Counted from the stretch's first letter, positions 1-12,184 are shown. The stretch is DNA of 64,000 bases from the human T2T-CHM13v2.0 reference genome, Homo sapiens (GCF_009914755.1 NC_060935.1); one strand, 5' to 3'. Translations and numbers: made by a program. The notes: generated by a model not told the origin, from the sequence alone.

Positions 1-27
1 AGTGGGTCCCAAACCTTGACACCTTGT

Positions 28-850
28 TAAAGAAGATATACAGATAGAAAATAAGCATATGAAATGATGCTCCACACTATATACTGTCAGGGAAATGTAA
101 ACTAAAACAGCAGCGAGATACCATTACCTACTCATTAGAATGGCCCAAATCCAAAACTGACACTGCAAAATGCTGAGGAAGATGTGCAGCAGCAGGAATT
201 ATCACTCATTGCTGGTGGGAATGCAAGACGGTACAGCCACTTTAGAAGACAGTTTGGTGATTTCTTGCAAAACTAAAAATACTCATGCTATATTTATGAT
301 CCAGCAATTGTGTTCCTTGGTATTTACCCAAATGAGTTGAAGACTTATGTCCACCTGAATGCACATGAATGTTTATAGCAGACCTTATTCATCATTCCCA
401 AACCTGGAAGCAACCAAGATGTCATTCAATTGATGAATGGATAAATTAGCTAGTACATCCAAACAATGGAATATTGTTTAGTGCTAAAAAGAAATGGGCT
501 ATGAAAAGATATGGAGGAAACTTAAATCCATATTGCTAAGAGAAAGAAGCCAATCTGAAAAGGCTACATACTGTACGATTTCAACTATATGACGTTCTAC
601 AACAGGTAAAACTATGGAAACAGTAAAAAGATCAGTGGTTGCCAGGAGTCTGGGGGGAAGGAGGGATGAATAGGCACAGCACGGAGAATTTTTAGGGCAA
701 TGAAACTATTCTCTATAACACTGTATGATGGATAAATGTCATTAAACATTTGTCAAAACCCATAGAATGTACAACACCAAGAGTGAACCCTAATGTAAAC
801 TGTGGACTTCAGTTCATAATAAAGTATCAATAGTGGCTCATCACTTGTTT
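28..850 (+). mobile_element. Old L1 (L1M-type) 3' fragment
   Basis: Typical L1 ORF2-end/3'UTR phrases (gatccagcaattgtgttccttggtatttaccc, ggaagcaaccaagatgtc, gtgaaccctaatgtaaac); subfamily uncertain. Confidence 0.8.
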
Positions 851-1019
851 AAAAAAATATCCAAATGAGCAGTATTTTGGTTACACTTTTATCAATATTA
901 TTCATATTAAACAACCATCTCAAATATCTGTGGGTAGTGCACATGCAAGGGTAATTTGATTTTCCATTTGAGACCATAATTTGCTCTTTGTGAATCTTCT
1001 TAACGCTGCTCAGTCTTCT

Positions 1020-1255
1020 AGTTTCCCCTTCCTTCCTTCCTTCCCTCCCTTTCCTTCCTTTCTTCCTTCTTTCCCTTCTTCCCCCTCCTCTCTCTCTTGT
1101 CTCTTCCTTCCTTCTTTCTTCTTTCTTTCTTTGCCTTTCTTTCTTTCTCTCCTTCCTTCCTTCTTTCTTTTTTTTTTTTTTTCTCTCTCTCTCCCTTTTC
1201 TTTCTCTCCTTCCTTCCTCTCTCTCTCTCTCTTTCTCTTTTTCTCTCTTTCTTTC
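1020..1255. repeat. CT-rich low-complexity tract ((CCTT)n/(CT)n) in Alu tail
   Basis: Near-pure pyrimidine run abutting the tail end of a minus-strand Alu. Confidence 0.85.
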
Positions 1256-1535
1256 CAGAATCTCAACCCTGTTGCCCAGGCTGGAGTAAAGTGGTGCAAT
1301 CACAGCTCACTGCAGCCTCGACTTCCCAAATTCAGGTGATTCTCCCACCTCAGCTTCTCGAGTAGCTGAGACTATAGGCACATGCCACCATGCCCAGCTA
1401 ATATTTTGTATTTTTAGTAGAGACAGGGTTTCGCCATGTTGCCTAGGTTGGTATTGCACTCCTGGGCTCAAGCGATCCGCCCACCTTGGCCTCCCCAAGT
1501 GCTGGAATTTCAGGTGTGAGCCATGGTGCCCAGCC
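1256..1535 (-). mobile_element. Alu (AluJ-like)
   Basis: Reverse-complement Alu consensus, diverged. Confidence 0.9.
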
Positions 1536-2170
1536 CTTCTAGTTTCTTGTCTAAATTAAACCGACTTGTTTTAACAGCATTTAGCCAGCATTCCCATCAT
1601 GTATCCAAGAGCAGTTGTAAGGTCAATTGTGATACAGTTTTTTCCAAGATATTTCATCTTTGGGCACATCCAGAATATTGCATATAATCTTTTTATTTTT
1701 CCAAAAATGCCATTATTATCAGCACAATTAGGCTGTGTCTTCTAATAACAAGTTCAACTATGTGCCATACAGGGGACATGTCACCAAAAAAATGCTTCTA
1801 GATTTTTGGCCAAAATCCTGGCTTGTTCATCTTTATTATCTTTACTAACCATGTCATTACTGTTATCATCGACTTGCCCTTGACAGTCTTTTAAATCAAA
1901 GACTAAAATTGCAAGTAGGTTTTTTCCTTAGTGCAAAACTAGGGAAAACTAGTTTTTCCTTAAGTCAAAACTAGAATATAGCTAGTTAAATACACATGCG
2001 TGTTTTCTCTATATTTACATATATGCAAATTTAAAGATAAATAGGAATTAATATTGAAAAATGTTCCTCAGCCACATTGCACAAACCACGTTAATTTCTT
2101 TTCTTCTTTCTTTCCTTTTCTTTTCTTCTTTTTCTTTCTTTCTTTTTTTTTTGTAAGATGTGTAGGACAG

Positions 2171-2453
2171 AGTCAGCACGGTGGCTCACGCCTGTAATCC
2201 CAACACTTTGGGAGGCCGAGGCAGGCAGATCACTTGAGGCCAGGAGTTCAAGACCAGCCTGGCCAACATGGTGAAACCCCGTCTCTACTAAAAATACAAA
2301 AGTTAGCTGGGTGTGGTGGTGCACGCCTGTAGTCCCAGCTACTGGGGGAGACTGAGGCACAAGAAGCACTTGAGCCTGGGAGGTGGAGGTTGCAGTAAGC
2401 TGAGCTCGTGCCACTGCACTCCCGCCTGGGTGACAGAGCGAGACTGTCTCAAA
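2171..2453 (+). mobile_element. Alu (AluS-like)
   Basis: ggtggctcacgcctgtaatccc ... gagactgtctcaaa. Confidence 0.9.
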
Positions 2454-4275
2454 CAAGTGCAGAAGAGCTGAAGAGCTTCTTCGGGCCTGAACCGTGTTGT
2501 TTGCAGAGCTGACGTTTGGGGCTATAGGCTTTTCCGTACCAGTAACGAGCACTGGATCCTGACTGATAGAGGACCCAGGTGCTCCTTTATGGAGACATTT
2601 GTTGTCTATGTTTGTAATACTTGGGGTCCTCTCAAGCTTGGGTGGCACTGGGAGGGAACAGGGTGGAGGGTACAAGGATGAAAGCAAACCTTCTGTGACT
2701 GTATCTTTTTATAAAGTTTTGACTTTGGGACCCTGTAAATGATTTGCATAATTAAAAAACAAAATAAAAAAAACCAACCTAAAACATGGCAATAATATAG
2801 ATTTTACTGAATGCTTGATGAGGAGACGATGGGGAGGGCCGTAATATACACAATAGCACAAAACAAAACCCCTGAATTAGACATTCTTTTCTGGTTTTTC
2901 CAATCTCTTAATCCTCAGTCCTTCATAGTCTCTAAAAATCCCTTCTATTGTCCCAGCTAGAATCTTACGCTGAGCAAAACAAAACTAAACAAAAAAACCC
3001 CTGAAGTTAGCACAACAGCAGAAACCAGCTGCCACCAGAGCAGGCCTCCAGAGGGCTTTACACTACATCTTCCATTAGAAAATACTGCAAGGATAGGGCT
3101 TCTAGGTGTTCAGCTTTCTCAATATCTGGCTTATTTTCTTCTCAATCCCTGGGACTAACATTGTCAAACAATTTGAACTGCCTCCCCAAAGCCAGTTGGA
3201 GTCTTTGTCCCTGCCCAAAGCAGGATTACCTGCTAGGTTTCCTGGGAGTCAAGGGTTGTGGCTCATTAAAGAGGGCTTTGGATTAGTGAGTCTCAAATCA
3301 CTCAAAGGGGAGGTCTTGGTCCTAAACGAATGGAAATTCTCTCTTAGAGGATCCTGCCAACTCTGAGAAGGACTTTACATGCTTCTTGGTGTGGAAAACT
3401 GGCCAGTTAATTGCACGCAGTGCAGGCACAGCACGTTTGCCAAGTTTGACTTTGGACATATTGTGTAGGAAGCACCAGTGGGATACCCATGAACCGTTCA
3501 TGTCCAGGAAGCAGCTGGAGCCTGAAGTTTGCAGGACAGGTTCAGGCTGAAGACACAAATTCAGAAATCATCGTGTATACAGGAGAGGAGGCTATGATGG
3601 AAACAGAAAGAATATAGGAAAGGGTAATGATTCTGAGGCCAAGGGTGGAGGAAGTGGTGTCAAGTGCTGGAGGAAGATTGATTAATAACAACATAGTGTT
3701 CACTGGACAAATAAGATCCCTTAAGAGGAGATGGTACGGGCGATGGGATCAACTGTCTTGAAAGGGAGGTGGGCACATTCTCCAAGATTTGACACTGGCG
3801 GGAGGATGCGAGTAGGAAAATAAAAACATCAGCAACACATCACAACACAACAAACCATAACCTGGCCAGGGCCTGAGAGCAGGGAGAGAGAAAGGGTAGG
3901 AAGAAGCCAGAGGAGTTTCAGCGACTGCAGTCCTTCCTCTGCACTATAGCGTACCCCTACCACGATCCCAAGGCCTCAGTAAAGGTTTGCTGCACACCTC
4001 AGCTTCTTATCAGTGATGCTTTGGAGAATGAAGGACTCTGAGGCAGTGTTCAGGGCAGACTGAAGGAGGACGGACACTTTCAGGAGCCCAGGAGTGGAGA
4101 TGGAGAATTCAACTCAAGTAGGAAATTCAGCAAAGGTGACCAGGGGAAAGATAAGTCCACTAGGAGTCTGCTAAGCATCCTTGGAGTTAGTAGAAAACGC
4201 CAGGATTCCCAATATATTTGGGATGGGGTTTCAAATATATTTTGACTATTGTTTGAGTATTAAAGAAAAGGGCAG

Positions 4276-4578
<303 letters not shown>

Positions 4579-4949
4579 TCAATGACAATGAAGTAATCTT
4601 CCGAGATGTTGAAAAACCTGGTGAGGAAAGTTTGGAATAGCAGTTTGGGAATCCCCTGTAATAATCTGCTTTCCCTTGTGAACAGCAGGCACTGTCTTAA
4701 AATTTTTTTGTATCCTCAATGCACTGTAGGAGTTCAATAAATGATAGAATAGATGAATAAATAGAAGAGAATGAGGAGACGGATCTGGGCAGGCTGCGAA
4801 GGCGGTGCTATTCCAAAGCCCAGCCCAGAGGCAGTGACCTCCGACCCAAGCCAAAAAAAAAACCTCGCGTTCAGAGGCCGGGAGAAAGAACAGCTCCCAA
4901 ATTGAGGGGAGTCCAAGACCCTGCTCTTTTAGAGGGTGGGGCTAGGAGA

Positions 4950-5500
4950 GCGTATTTCGACGCTGCCCGCCAACGAACCAATCCCCGCCTAAAGGGGGAG
5001 GGGATTTAATCTGTCGCCTCTCCTTCCCTTTGGAAAGTAAATACGTTCGGGCGCCATTCAAACGGACCAATGAGTGATCGACGTTTTTGTGGTTGGCCTT
5101 CACCGATTGGCTGGAGTTTGTCGTCCCTCCCTCCTCGTCACGCCTCTGGCTCCACCCCTTTGCACACAAGATGGCGGCGCCCAGCGGAGTAGGGGCTGCG
5201 CTTGGGGTTTGCTGAAGCTGGCTGCCTCTCCCACTCCCCTTTTGGGTGCAAAGCGCCGCTAGCGGGAAGACGGGGGCCGGGCGGGGACAGGGGCACCTGC
5301 GTAGCTGGACTGAGAGCCTGCGCCCAGCTTACATCGACCCCACCCGGCCCCGGCCCGACCCGACGCGACCCGATCCGATCCGATCCCATTCCATCCGTTC
5401 CTCGTCTCCTCCCGGTCTGACCCGTTGCCCGGCCGTGGTTCGCCACACCAGGCATCCAAAGCTGAGGTCGCTCCTACGGCCTGGGCTCGCCTTCGCTTTA
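4950..5500 (+). promoter_or_regulatory. RNF26: RNF26 CpG-island promoter with CCAAT boxes, CHR-like TTCAAA and YY1 motif
   Basis: CpG-rich; CCAAT 4978-4982 and 5067-5071, ATTGG 5106-5110, TTCAAA 5057-5062, AAGATGGCGGC 5168-5178. Confidence 0.75.
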
Positions 5501-5759
5501 GAGATGTTTGGCCTCTTCCCTCCCAAACAGCCCATCTTCAAAACCTGGACTCTTGGACTGGCACCTGGCCACCTTTCCCTCTACCAAGACTCCACTTCCG
5601 TCTTACCCACTTCTTCCTCAGATTCTTGGTACCCCCTGGGTTGGAGACTGCTCATTTTCCTTCCAAATTAATCCCAGACCCCCTAAAATATTGACAACCT
5701 TGACAACCCCCCAACCGAGGAGCCAGACTTTGTTTTGGACTAACTTCCATAGCCCTATC

Positions 5760-7061
5760 ATGGAGGCAGTGTACCTGGTAGTGAATGGGTTGGGCCTGGT
5801 GCTGGACGTGCTGACCTTGGTGTTGGACCTCAACTTCCTGCTGGTGTCCTCCCTCCTGGCTTCCCTGGCCTGGCTCCTGGCCTTCGTCTACAACCTGCCG
5901 CACACGGTACTGACTAGTCTTCTGCACTTGGGCCGCGGAGTCTTGCTTTCATTGCTGGCCTTGATCGAAGCCGTGGTCCGGTTCACATGTGGGGGCTTGC
6001 AGGCCTTGTGTACTCTGCTGTATAGCTGCTGCTCTGGCCTAGAGAGCCTAAAGCTCCTGGGGCACCTGGCCTCTCATGGGGCACTGCGGAGCAGGGAGAT
6101 ACTGCACCGGGGCGTCCTCAATGTGGTCTCCAGTGGCCATGCTTTGCTGCGCCAGGCCTGTGACATCTGTGCCATTGCCATGAGCCTGGTGGCTTATGTG
6201 ATCAACAGCCTGGTCAACATCTGCCTCATCGGCACTCAGAACCTCTTTTCCCTGGTGCTGGCCCTGTGGGATGCAGTGACCGGGCCTCTGTGGAGGATGA
6301 CGGACGTAGTGGCTGCCTTCCTAGCCCACATTTCCAGCAGTGCTGTGGCCATGGCCATCCTCCTTTGGACACCCTGCCAACTAGCCCTGGAGCTGCTGGC
6401 CTCAGCTGCCCGCCTCCTGGCCAGCTTTGTGCTTGTCAATCTCACTGGCTTGGTGTTGCTAGCTTGTGTGCTGGCAGTGACGGTGACTGTGTTGCATCCG
6501 GACTTCACCCTGAGGCTGGCTACCCAGGCACTCAGCCAGCTCCATGCCCGGCCATCCTACCACCGTCTTCGAGAGGATGTCATGCGGCTCTCTCGCCTAG
6601 CACTGGGCTCAGAGGCCTGGCGCCGAGTCTGGAGCCGCAGTCTGCAGCTGGCGAGTTGGCCAAACCGGGGAGGGGCACCTGGAGCTCCCCAGGGTGACCC
6701 TATGAGGGTATTCTCAGTTAGGACCCGGAGACAGGACACTCTTCCTGAAGCGGGGCGCAGATCAGAGGCAGAAGAGGAGGAGGCCAGGACCATCAGAGTG
6801 ACACCTGTCAGGGGCCGAGAGAGGCTCAATGAGGAGGAGCCTCCAGGTGGGCAAGACCCTTGGAAATTGCTGAAGGAGCAAGAGGAGCGGAAGAAGTGTG
6901 TCATCTGCCAGGACCAGAGCAAGACAGTGTTGCTCCTGCCCTGCCGGCATCTGTGCCTGTGCCAGGCCTGCACTGAAATCCTGATGCGCCACCCCGTCTA
7001 CCACCGCAATTGCCCGCTCTGCCGCCGGGGCATCCTGCAGACCCTCAATGTCTACCTCTGA
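5760..7061 (+). CDS. RNF26: E3 ubiquitin-protein ligase RNF26 (433 aa, single coding exon)
   Basis: ATG at 5760 (atcATGg) to TGA at 7061; MEAVYLVVNGLGL..., hydrophobic N-terminal half, C-terminal RING CVICQD..PCRHLCLCQAC..CPLC..VYL. The ORF-track start at 5508 is a TTG. Confidence 0.97.
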   Translation: MEAVYLVVNGLGLVLDVLTLVLDLNFLLVSSLLASLAWLLAFVYNLPHTVLTSLLHLGRGVLLSLLALIEAVVRFTCGGLQALCTLLYSCCSGLESLKLLGHLASHGALRSREILHRGVLNVVSSGHALLRQACDICAIAMSLVAYVINSLVNICLIGTQNLFSLVLALWDAVTGPLWRMTDVVAAFLAHISSSAVAMAILLWTPCQLALELLASAARLLASFVLVNLTGLVLLACVLAVTVTVLHPDFTLRLATQALSQLHARPSYHRLREDVMRLSRLALGSEAWRRVWSRSLQLASWPNRGGAPGAPQGDPMRVFSVRTRRQDTLPEAGRRSEAEEEEARTIRVTPVRGRERLNEEEPPGGQDPWKLLKEQEERKKCVICQDQSKTVLLLPCRHLCLCQACTEILMRHPVYHRNCPLCRRGILQTLNVYL

Positions 7062-7924
7062 AGCCTCCTTCCCTGCCTGCCCACCCCTCCATGCTCCACG
7101 CAGGCACTCACGCTAGGACAGCATTAACACCTCATCTCCGGGTCCTGGTCTGAATCCCCTCCTACCCCTGTGGCCATCCTGCCATACATCCAGGACATTG
7201 AGTTGGAAGACTATGATCTGGGTGGGGGCAGGATAACATGGCTTCTCTTTACCCAGTGGGTCCCTTCGATGCTGAGGGTGGTGAGTATGTCACTATGCAA
7301 GGGCCCTGAGACTATTTGCTGTGGGCTCTCCTCCAGCCTGCCCAGGGCCCACCCAGATGCCTCTGGGGTTACCCCTGTCTGCTTCTGGTTTTTCTGTTGG
7401 AGATCTATAGGTCCTTTTCCTGCCTCCTTCACATTTCCTCCCCAGCTTTTGCGGCCACAACACATCAGTGTCATTTGGGTGTTTTGGCAACTCAGGGGCC
7501 TTCGGATGATCTTAAACCTTTGTGTTCAGCCAGAGCCCCTGTGCCCTGGTAGGCGTTGGGGTTAGTATCTCTCGGGTGCCCTCAGAGCCACCTCTGCCTG
7601 TGATCGTCTGATGAGGCTCCCTCCCAACCTGATCCAAAAGCCAGTCTCAGGAGTTTACCCCTGGGATGGGGGATGCATCTGCACCTGACTTTGGGGCCAC
7701 GTGCCCTGTGGCACCCCAGCTCACTGGGAGTCTCAGGAGGGATAACCGGATTTCTGCTCTTTCCCCTGTCACTCCCACATCACACAGAAAAATGGCATTC
7801 CTCTCTGTCTCTCCCTGGCATGGAGAGGGCAGACTGTGCACATTTCACTAGGGTCCAAATACAGAAGGGCCCAGGGCCCAGGGGCTTGCAGCTTCGTGAG
7901 GGGTCTCTGGCCCAGTTTCCAATG

Positions 7925-7930
7925 AATAAA
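7925..7930 (+). terminator. RNF26: RNF26 polyadenylation signal AATAAA
   Basis: AATAAA ~860 nt after stop, followed by GT-rich tctctgtgtg. Confidence 0.8.
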
Positions 7931-9591
7931 GTTCTCTTGACAGCTCTGACAGTCTCTGTGTGCATCCCTGCAAGGGAGCAGTTGGTCAAGGCAACAGACC
8001 TTGCATCAGGGTCCTTCAGCCCCGCCAGAGTCAGAAGTGTGGGCTGTGGGGGTACCTGGGCTTTAGAGGGGGGACAGGGAAGGAGCTAAGATAGGCTGGG
8101 AAGACTATGTCATGGGGAGAGTGCATGCCAGGCATGGCTCTGTGAGCTCTCATCCCTTCTGATTTGTCCCCTCTCGCAACACATGGCTTTCGAAAAGCCT
8201 TCTATTTTTTCTGTTTTTTCCCAAATTAAGCCCTTGTAGAGAGGAATGTGAACCATCTCACCCCTTGAGTCAACCTTCCCAGCTCCTCCTCCGGGCCAGT
8301 CTTCCTGGGAGGGAGCATGGGGTTCCTCCTGCCTGGAGTCCAGTCTGCCCTCGGATCCCAGGAGGAGCTGGTGTGTGTCTCTGTGTGTCTTGGCATGGGG
8401 GTCTGGTGCAGGGCTGGGCTGGAGTGCGGCTGCGGGATCTCCTGGTGGAGGCTGCCTAAGGCCTGTCTCTGGCTCACATTTGGGGCTCAGTCCCCATTGG
8501 CCGTATCTGCCCTCACATGACCAGCAGAAGAGCAGGGGCACTCCCCCATAATTGTATGTTCTGTCTGGGACCACAGTGCCTGGGACTGCCTTCAGGAAGG
8601 GGGTGCCGGTAGCTCAGAAAGAAACTCTGAGGAGAGGCCCCCCCCCTTCCTTGGGTTGAGGCTGTGCAGATGGGGCTGGGCAGTCCTGGTTTGTTAGTCA
8701 TTGGGTTGGGGGTGGGCTCCAGGGGTGGGCGGAGCCTTGAGGGGCTTTGTGGCTAGCCTCAGACACAGTGGCTCGGCCCACCCAGGCTATGCCCAGCACA
8801 GTGGGGGAGGGCTCCTCATCTCCACCTCAGAACTGGGAGGGCTTGGCACTTGCTCTTTCCTTCCCTCAATCCGGGACAGGGAGCTGAGCAAGGGGAGGCC
8901 TGGCTCCTTCCAGTCTCTGTTTAATGTGGAGATAAACATTTTATGATAGAAGATAAACTTCCTGAGTTGGGAGTAAAGGACCCCCCCTTTTCTTCCATCC
9001 GCATCTGGAATTCCTTTGGCCGACCTCAATACCCCTCCTCTCCCTCACCCCCCCATAGTCAGGAGCTCAAGCTACCCAGGATCCCTGCGGCATTCTGGGG
9101 CCAGGGCACCCCCTTGTGGTCATCTCAGAAACTGCTTATCTTTAGACGCCCGAGGACGCCACTCACTCGGGTTACAGAGCAATAGCTTTCTGCTCATCGG
9201 GGGCAGGCAAGCAGCCGGAGCAGCCATGGACGAAAGTCCTCGGCTCTTTTTTGTTGGATGAGGGCAGAGGTATGTGTGGCGCAGGCAGCCCCTACGTGGT
9301 TCAGTTGGCATCTTTGAATTAGAAAAAGGTGCTCCCTTTCTCAAGGATGGATGGAGCCCCACACCAGGAGGGCATCCCGCTGTCAGACACTCCCATTCAC
9401 AACCTAGGTGGCGGCTCTGTGGAGCAGCCTCTCATTCCCCTGGGCCGGCTTCTTGTATATCTGCCGCATATCTCTATTTCATCCAAGAACCCTCCCTTCT
9501 GCCTGAACACCCCCTCCACACCATGATCCCAGAAACAGGGAGCCCCCACCACTAAAGAAGAAAGGCTGGAGCCGGTAGGAGGGTTCTTAGG

Positions 9592-9597
9592 TTTATT
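9592..9597 (-). terminator. C1QTNF5: Shared C1QTNF5/MFRP polyadenylation signal AATAAA
   Basis: tttatt on + strand, ~370 nt past the C1QTNF5 stop. Confidence 0.8.
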
Positions 9598-9967
9598 GAG
9601 TGATCTCTGAGAAAAGGGCCGGCCCCAGGAGCAGGAGGGGGTGGGGAGGATCCAGAGAAGCAGAGGACCAGGAAGAGAGCACCCCACCGTGGGCTCCTGG
9701 ACCAGAGCAACTGGGGGACTTACACTTGCCAGCACAGCACACTCCTCTGGTCTTGGGCAGAAATCCAGCCACTGCCCCATGCTGCCAGACCTGATCGCAG
9801 ACAGCCACTGTTCCCATTCCTTGCCAGCAGCAGGACGGAGAGTGCTCTACCCCACCTCCCTAGTCATTCACAATATTCCAGGGGGGCCAGCCCTCCTGGA
9901 TGACCTGGTTGTCAGCCTCACACCCTCCTTCTAGGAGTGAGAGCATGAGCTCACTTTGCAGTGGGCA

Positions 9968-10485
9968 CTAAGCAAAGACTGGGGAGCTGTGCCAGTCGGA
10001 GTACACCAGAAATCCGGAGAAGGTGCTGTCTGTCTTGATGCTGGCATAGATGCCAATGTAGTCACCCACACCCACCTGCACCCACACTTGGTCCTCAGGC
10101 TCCAGCCTCACCATGGCCCCCCCCGAGAGCGAGGCTGGCTTGGGCCACCCCCCGAAAAACTGGAAGAAAGAGGCAATGGATTCGCCATTCTTCACCAGAT
10201 CAAACTGCAGGCTGGCCCGGTAGACGGTGGCATGGACGGCGAAGTAGTAGACCCCAGGCACCTGGCAGGTGAACTTGCCGGTGACGGCGTCGTAATGTCC
10301 CTGCTCGTTCACCAGCACGCGGTCGAAGGGCAAGGGTGCGTCAGACGGCGGAGGCACCCGGCTCTCGGAGCGCTTGGCGCTGAAGGCGGATCGCGGAGGC
10401 ACCGAGCACTCCCCGGCAGGCCCGGTGGGCCCCGCGGGTCCCGCCTCTCCTCGCGGCCCGGGGTCCCCTCGAGGTCCCGGCAGTC
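9968..10485 (-). CDS. C1QTNF5: C1QTNF5 last coding exon (collagen end + gC1q)
   Basis: Acceptor cgcag|GACTG, stop TAG at 9968-9970. Confidence 0.95.
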
Positions 10486-11034
10486 CTGCGGGGTAAGCGG
10501 GGCGGCAGGGTGAGAGTAGCGGCGGCTCAGCCCGCAGCGGGGCGGCGACTCTAAGGTCACCGTACCCCTCCCCGCCCCTGCCTGAGCTTCGGCCAGCGCC
10601 TCCTCCCGCACGGGTACCTCCTCCACCCCTTCCCGCAGGGCAGATCTGGGGGGCTGGCCAAGGGGGCTCCCGCCGCCTGGGCCCCTCCCCCGCTCAGGGC
10701 TGCAAAGCGCGGGGAGTGGCGCCCCCTGGCGGGAGACCCGAGTCCCGGACACCGGGAGCTGGAGCTGCGGCCGCGCCTGCTCGGACATCGCCACCGATAG
10801 CCGCGGCGGTGCCTTCTTACCCGGCCTCCCGCCCTCGCCTTTCTCTCCCGGAGCCCCGGGCGCGCCGTCGCGGCCGTCGCGGCCATCGCGGCCCGGCAAG
10901 CCCTGGCTGCCATGGTGGCCCGGCGTGCCTGGAAGGCCGGGGTGCCCCGGGCAGAGGCTGGGGATCTTGTTGTCGTCCAGTGGGGGCGAGCCGGCCGCCA
11001 GGCCCAGGAGCAGCAGGACGAGGAGTGGCCTCAT
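9968..11034 (-). CDS. C1QTNF5: Complement C1q/TNF-related protein 5 (CTRP5), 243 aa; join(11034..10821,10485..9968)
   Basis: Signal peptide [15 protein letters not shown], Gly-X-Y collagen repeat, gC1q domain ([26 protein letters not shown]); 214+518=732 nt with GT-AG intron; Ser163 codon intact at 10211-10213. Confidence 0.97.
10719..10732 (-). promoter_or_regulatory. CTCF consensus motif
   Basis: CCGCCAGGGGGCGC on - strand, near-perfect core match. Confidence 0.65.
10821..11034 (-). CDS. C1QTNF5: C1QTNF5 first coding exon (exon spans 11077..10821)
   Basis: Acceptor ccacag| at 11078, ATG at 11034, donor CGG|gtaaga. Confidence 0.95.
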
Positions 11035-12184
11035 AGCGCTGGCACCGGGAGCCCGGACGCCGGGGTCCTCTCGCAGTCTGTGGACCAGGCAGGACTGGAG
11101 TCGGGACCCAGAATCCTGGGACCTGCCTCTCTCCCCACCCCGGCGCGGCCCAGTCGGTCCCCACCCCACTGCCGTGCCCCTGAGGCTGAGCGCTCGCAGG
11201 GCCGAGCATCCGGAGAGCACAGGCAGGCGCGAGAGGGTGGGAGCGGCCAGCCCTCCCTCCCACCGCCGGCCCGCGCCAGCCTTTCCCACAGTCCCCTCCC
11301 CAGCCCCTTTCCCCTCCTCCGCCAGACTCACCCCCCCTCCCGGCTCCCCGATGGCCTCCTTCGGGGCGCTCGCTACTCCGGACCCTCCAGTTGGTGGTGC
11401 TCCAGCCCCCGCGCTTCTCCCCGGCCAGGCGCCCCCTGCCCTGCCGTCACCCCAGTCCTGGTTCGCTCCCTGCCGGCTCCGCTTTCCTCCTCCCAGACTC
11501 CAAGAGGAAACCAGTTGTTCAGGGGCCAAGAGCTCCCGGACCGGGAAATAGCTGGGAAATAACTCGTGGTGTCGCCCGGCGGCCGGCCAAAGTTTAGGGG
11601 GAGAAAGGAGGGGGAGAGAGACTTGAGCTGGGCACAGAGAGGCAGAACTTCGAGAGACGGACACACAGGGCACCTCCTGTTCCCAGGGCCAGAGGAGAGG
11701 CAGGGCAGTGGCAGAGACCAAGGACCAGACCCCATTTCAGGGAGAAATACGCAGAGAGATGAGGGTGGAGAGTTCTAGAGGCAGACAGCCAGTTGGATCC
11801 CTAGGGCCTAGGACAGGGGCCTGCCACATGAATAGATGCTCAGTACATTTTTGTTGAATCAAGGAAAAGGTCAGAAGGCAGGCGATGGAGAAGCTGAAAA
11901 AGCAGATGGAAAGGGGAAGAGGCCTGGATGGGAAGTGGTCTCGATTGTCCGGTGGCACAGTGTGGGGCCAGTCAGCAGCCTGGGACCGGTAAAGGGACAG
12001 GAAGGAGCAGGGAGGGTGGTAGGGTCCCATGAGCCCCAGCTGAGGACTTCTCTTCCCCCTCCCTGGGAGCCCCAGAGAAGGATGGGTAGAGACCCTGCTG
12101 ATGCTCCTTCCTTTGTTCCCCTGCGTGCCAGCCCTGACCGGCAAAAGAGGACGGGCAGGAAGAGGGCAGGGGCCGGCTTCAGGG

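Larger units (their letters stand above)
10300..11600. promoter_or_regulatory. C1QTNF5: CpG island over C1QTNF5; candidate internal promoter upstream of the donor at 11331
   Basis: Very high GC/CpG; donor GG|gtgagt at 11331; no minus-strand AUG seen between 11332 and 11730. Confidence 0.65.

Noticed and set aside
981-1339. Lys/Glu/Arg-rich and Phe/Ser-rich ORFs
   Set aside because: Translation of a CT microsatellite and Alu
5508-5759. 84-codon in-frame N-terminal extension of RNF26
   Set aside because: Starts at TTG with no in-frame ATG; the recognised protein begins at 5760
9956-10513. 185-aa ORF antisense to C1QTNF5
   Set aside because: Shadow ORF expected opposite a GC3-rich coding exon
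10309-11721. 470-aa minus-strand ORF spanning the C1QTNF5 start
   Set aside because: Non-ATG start and read-through of two GC-rich introns; only 11034-10821 is real coding sequence
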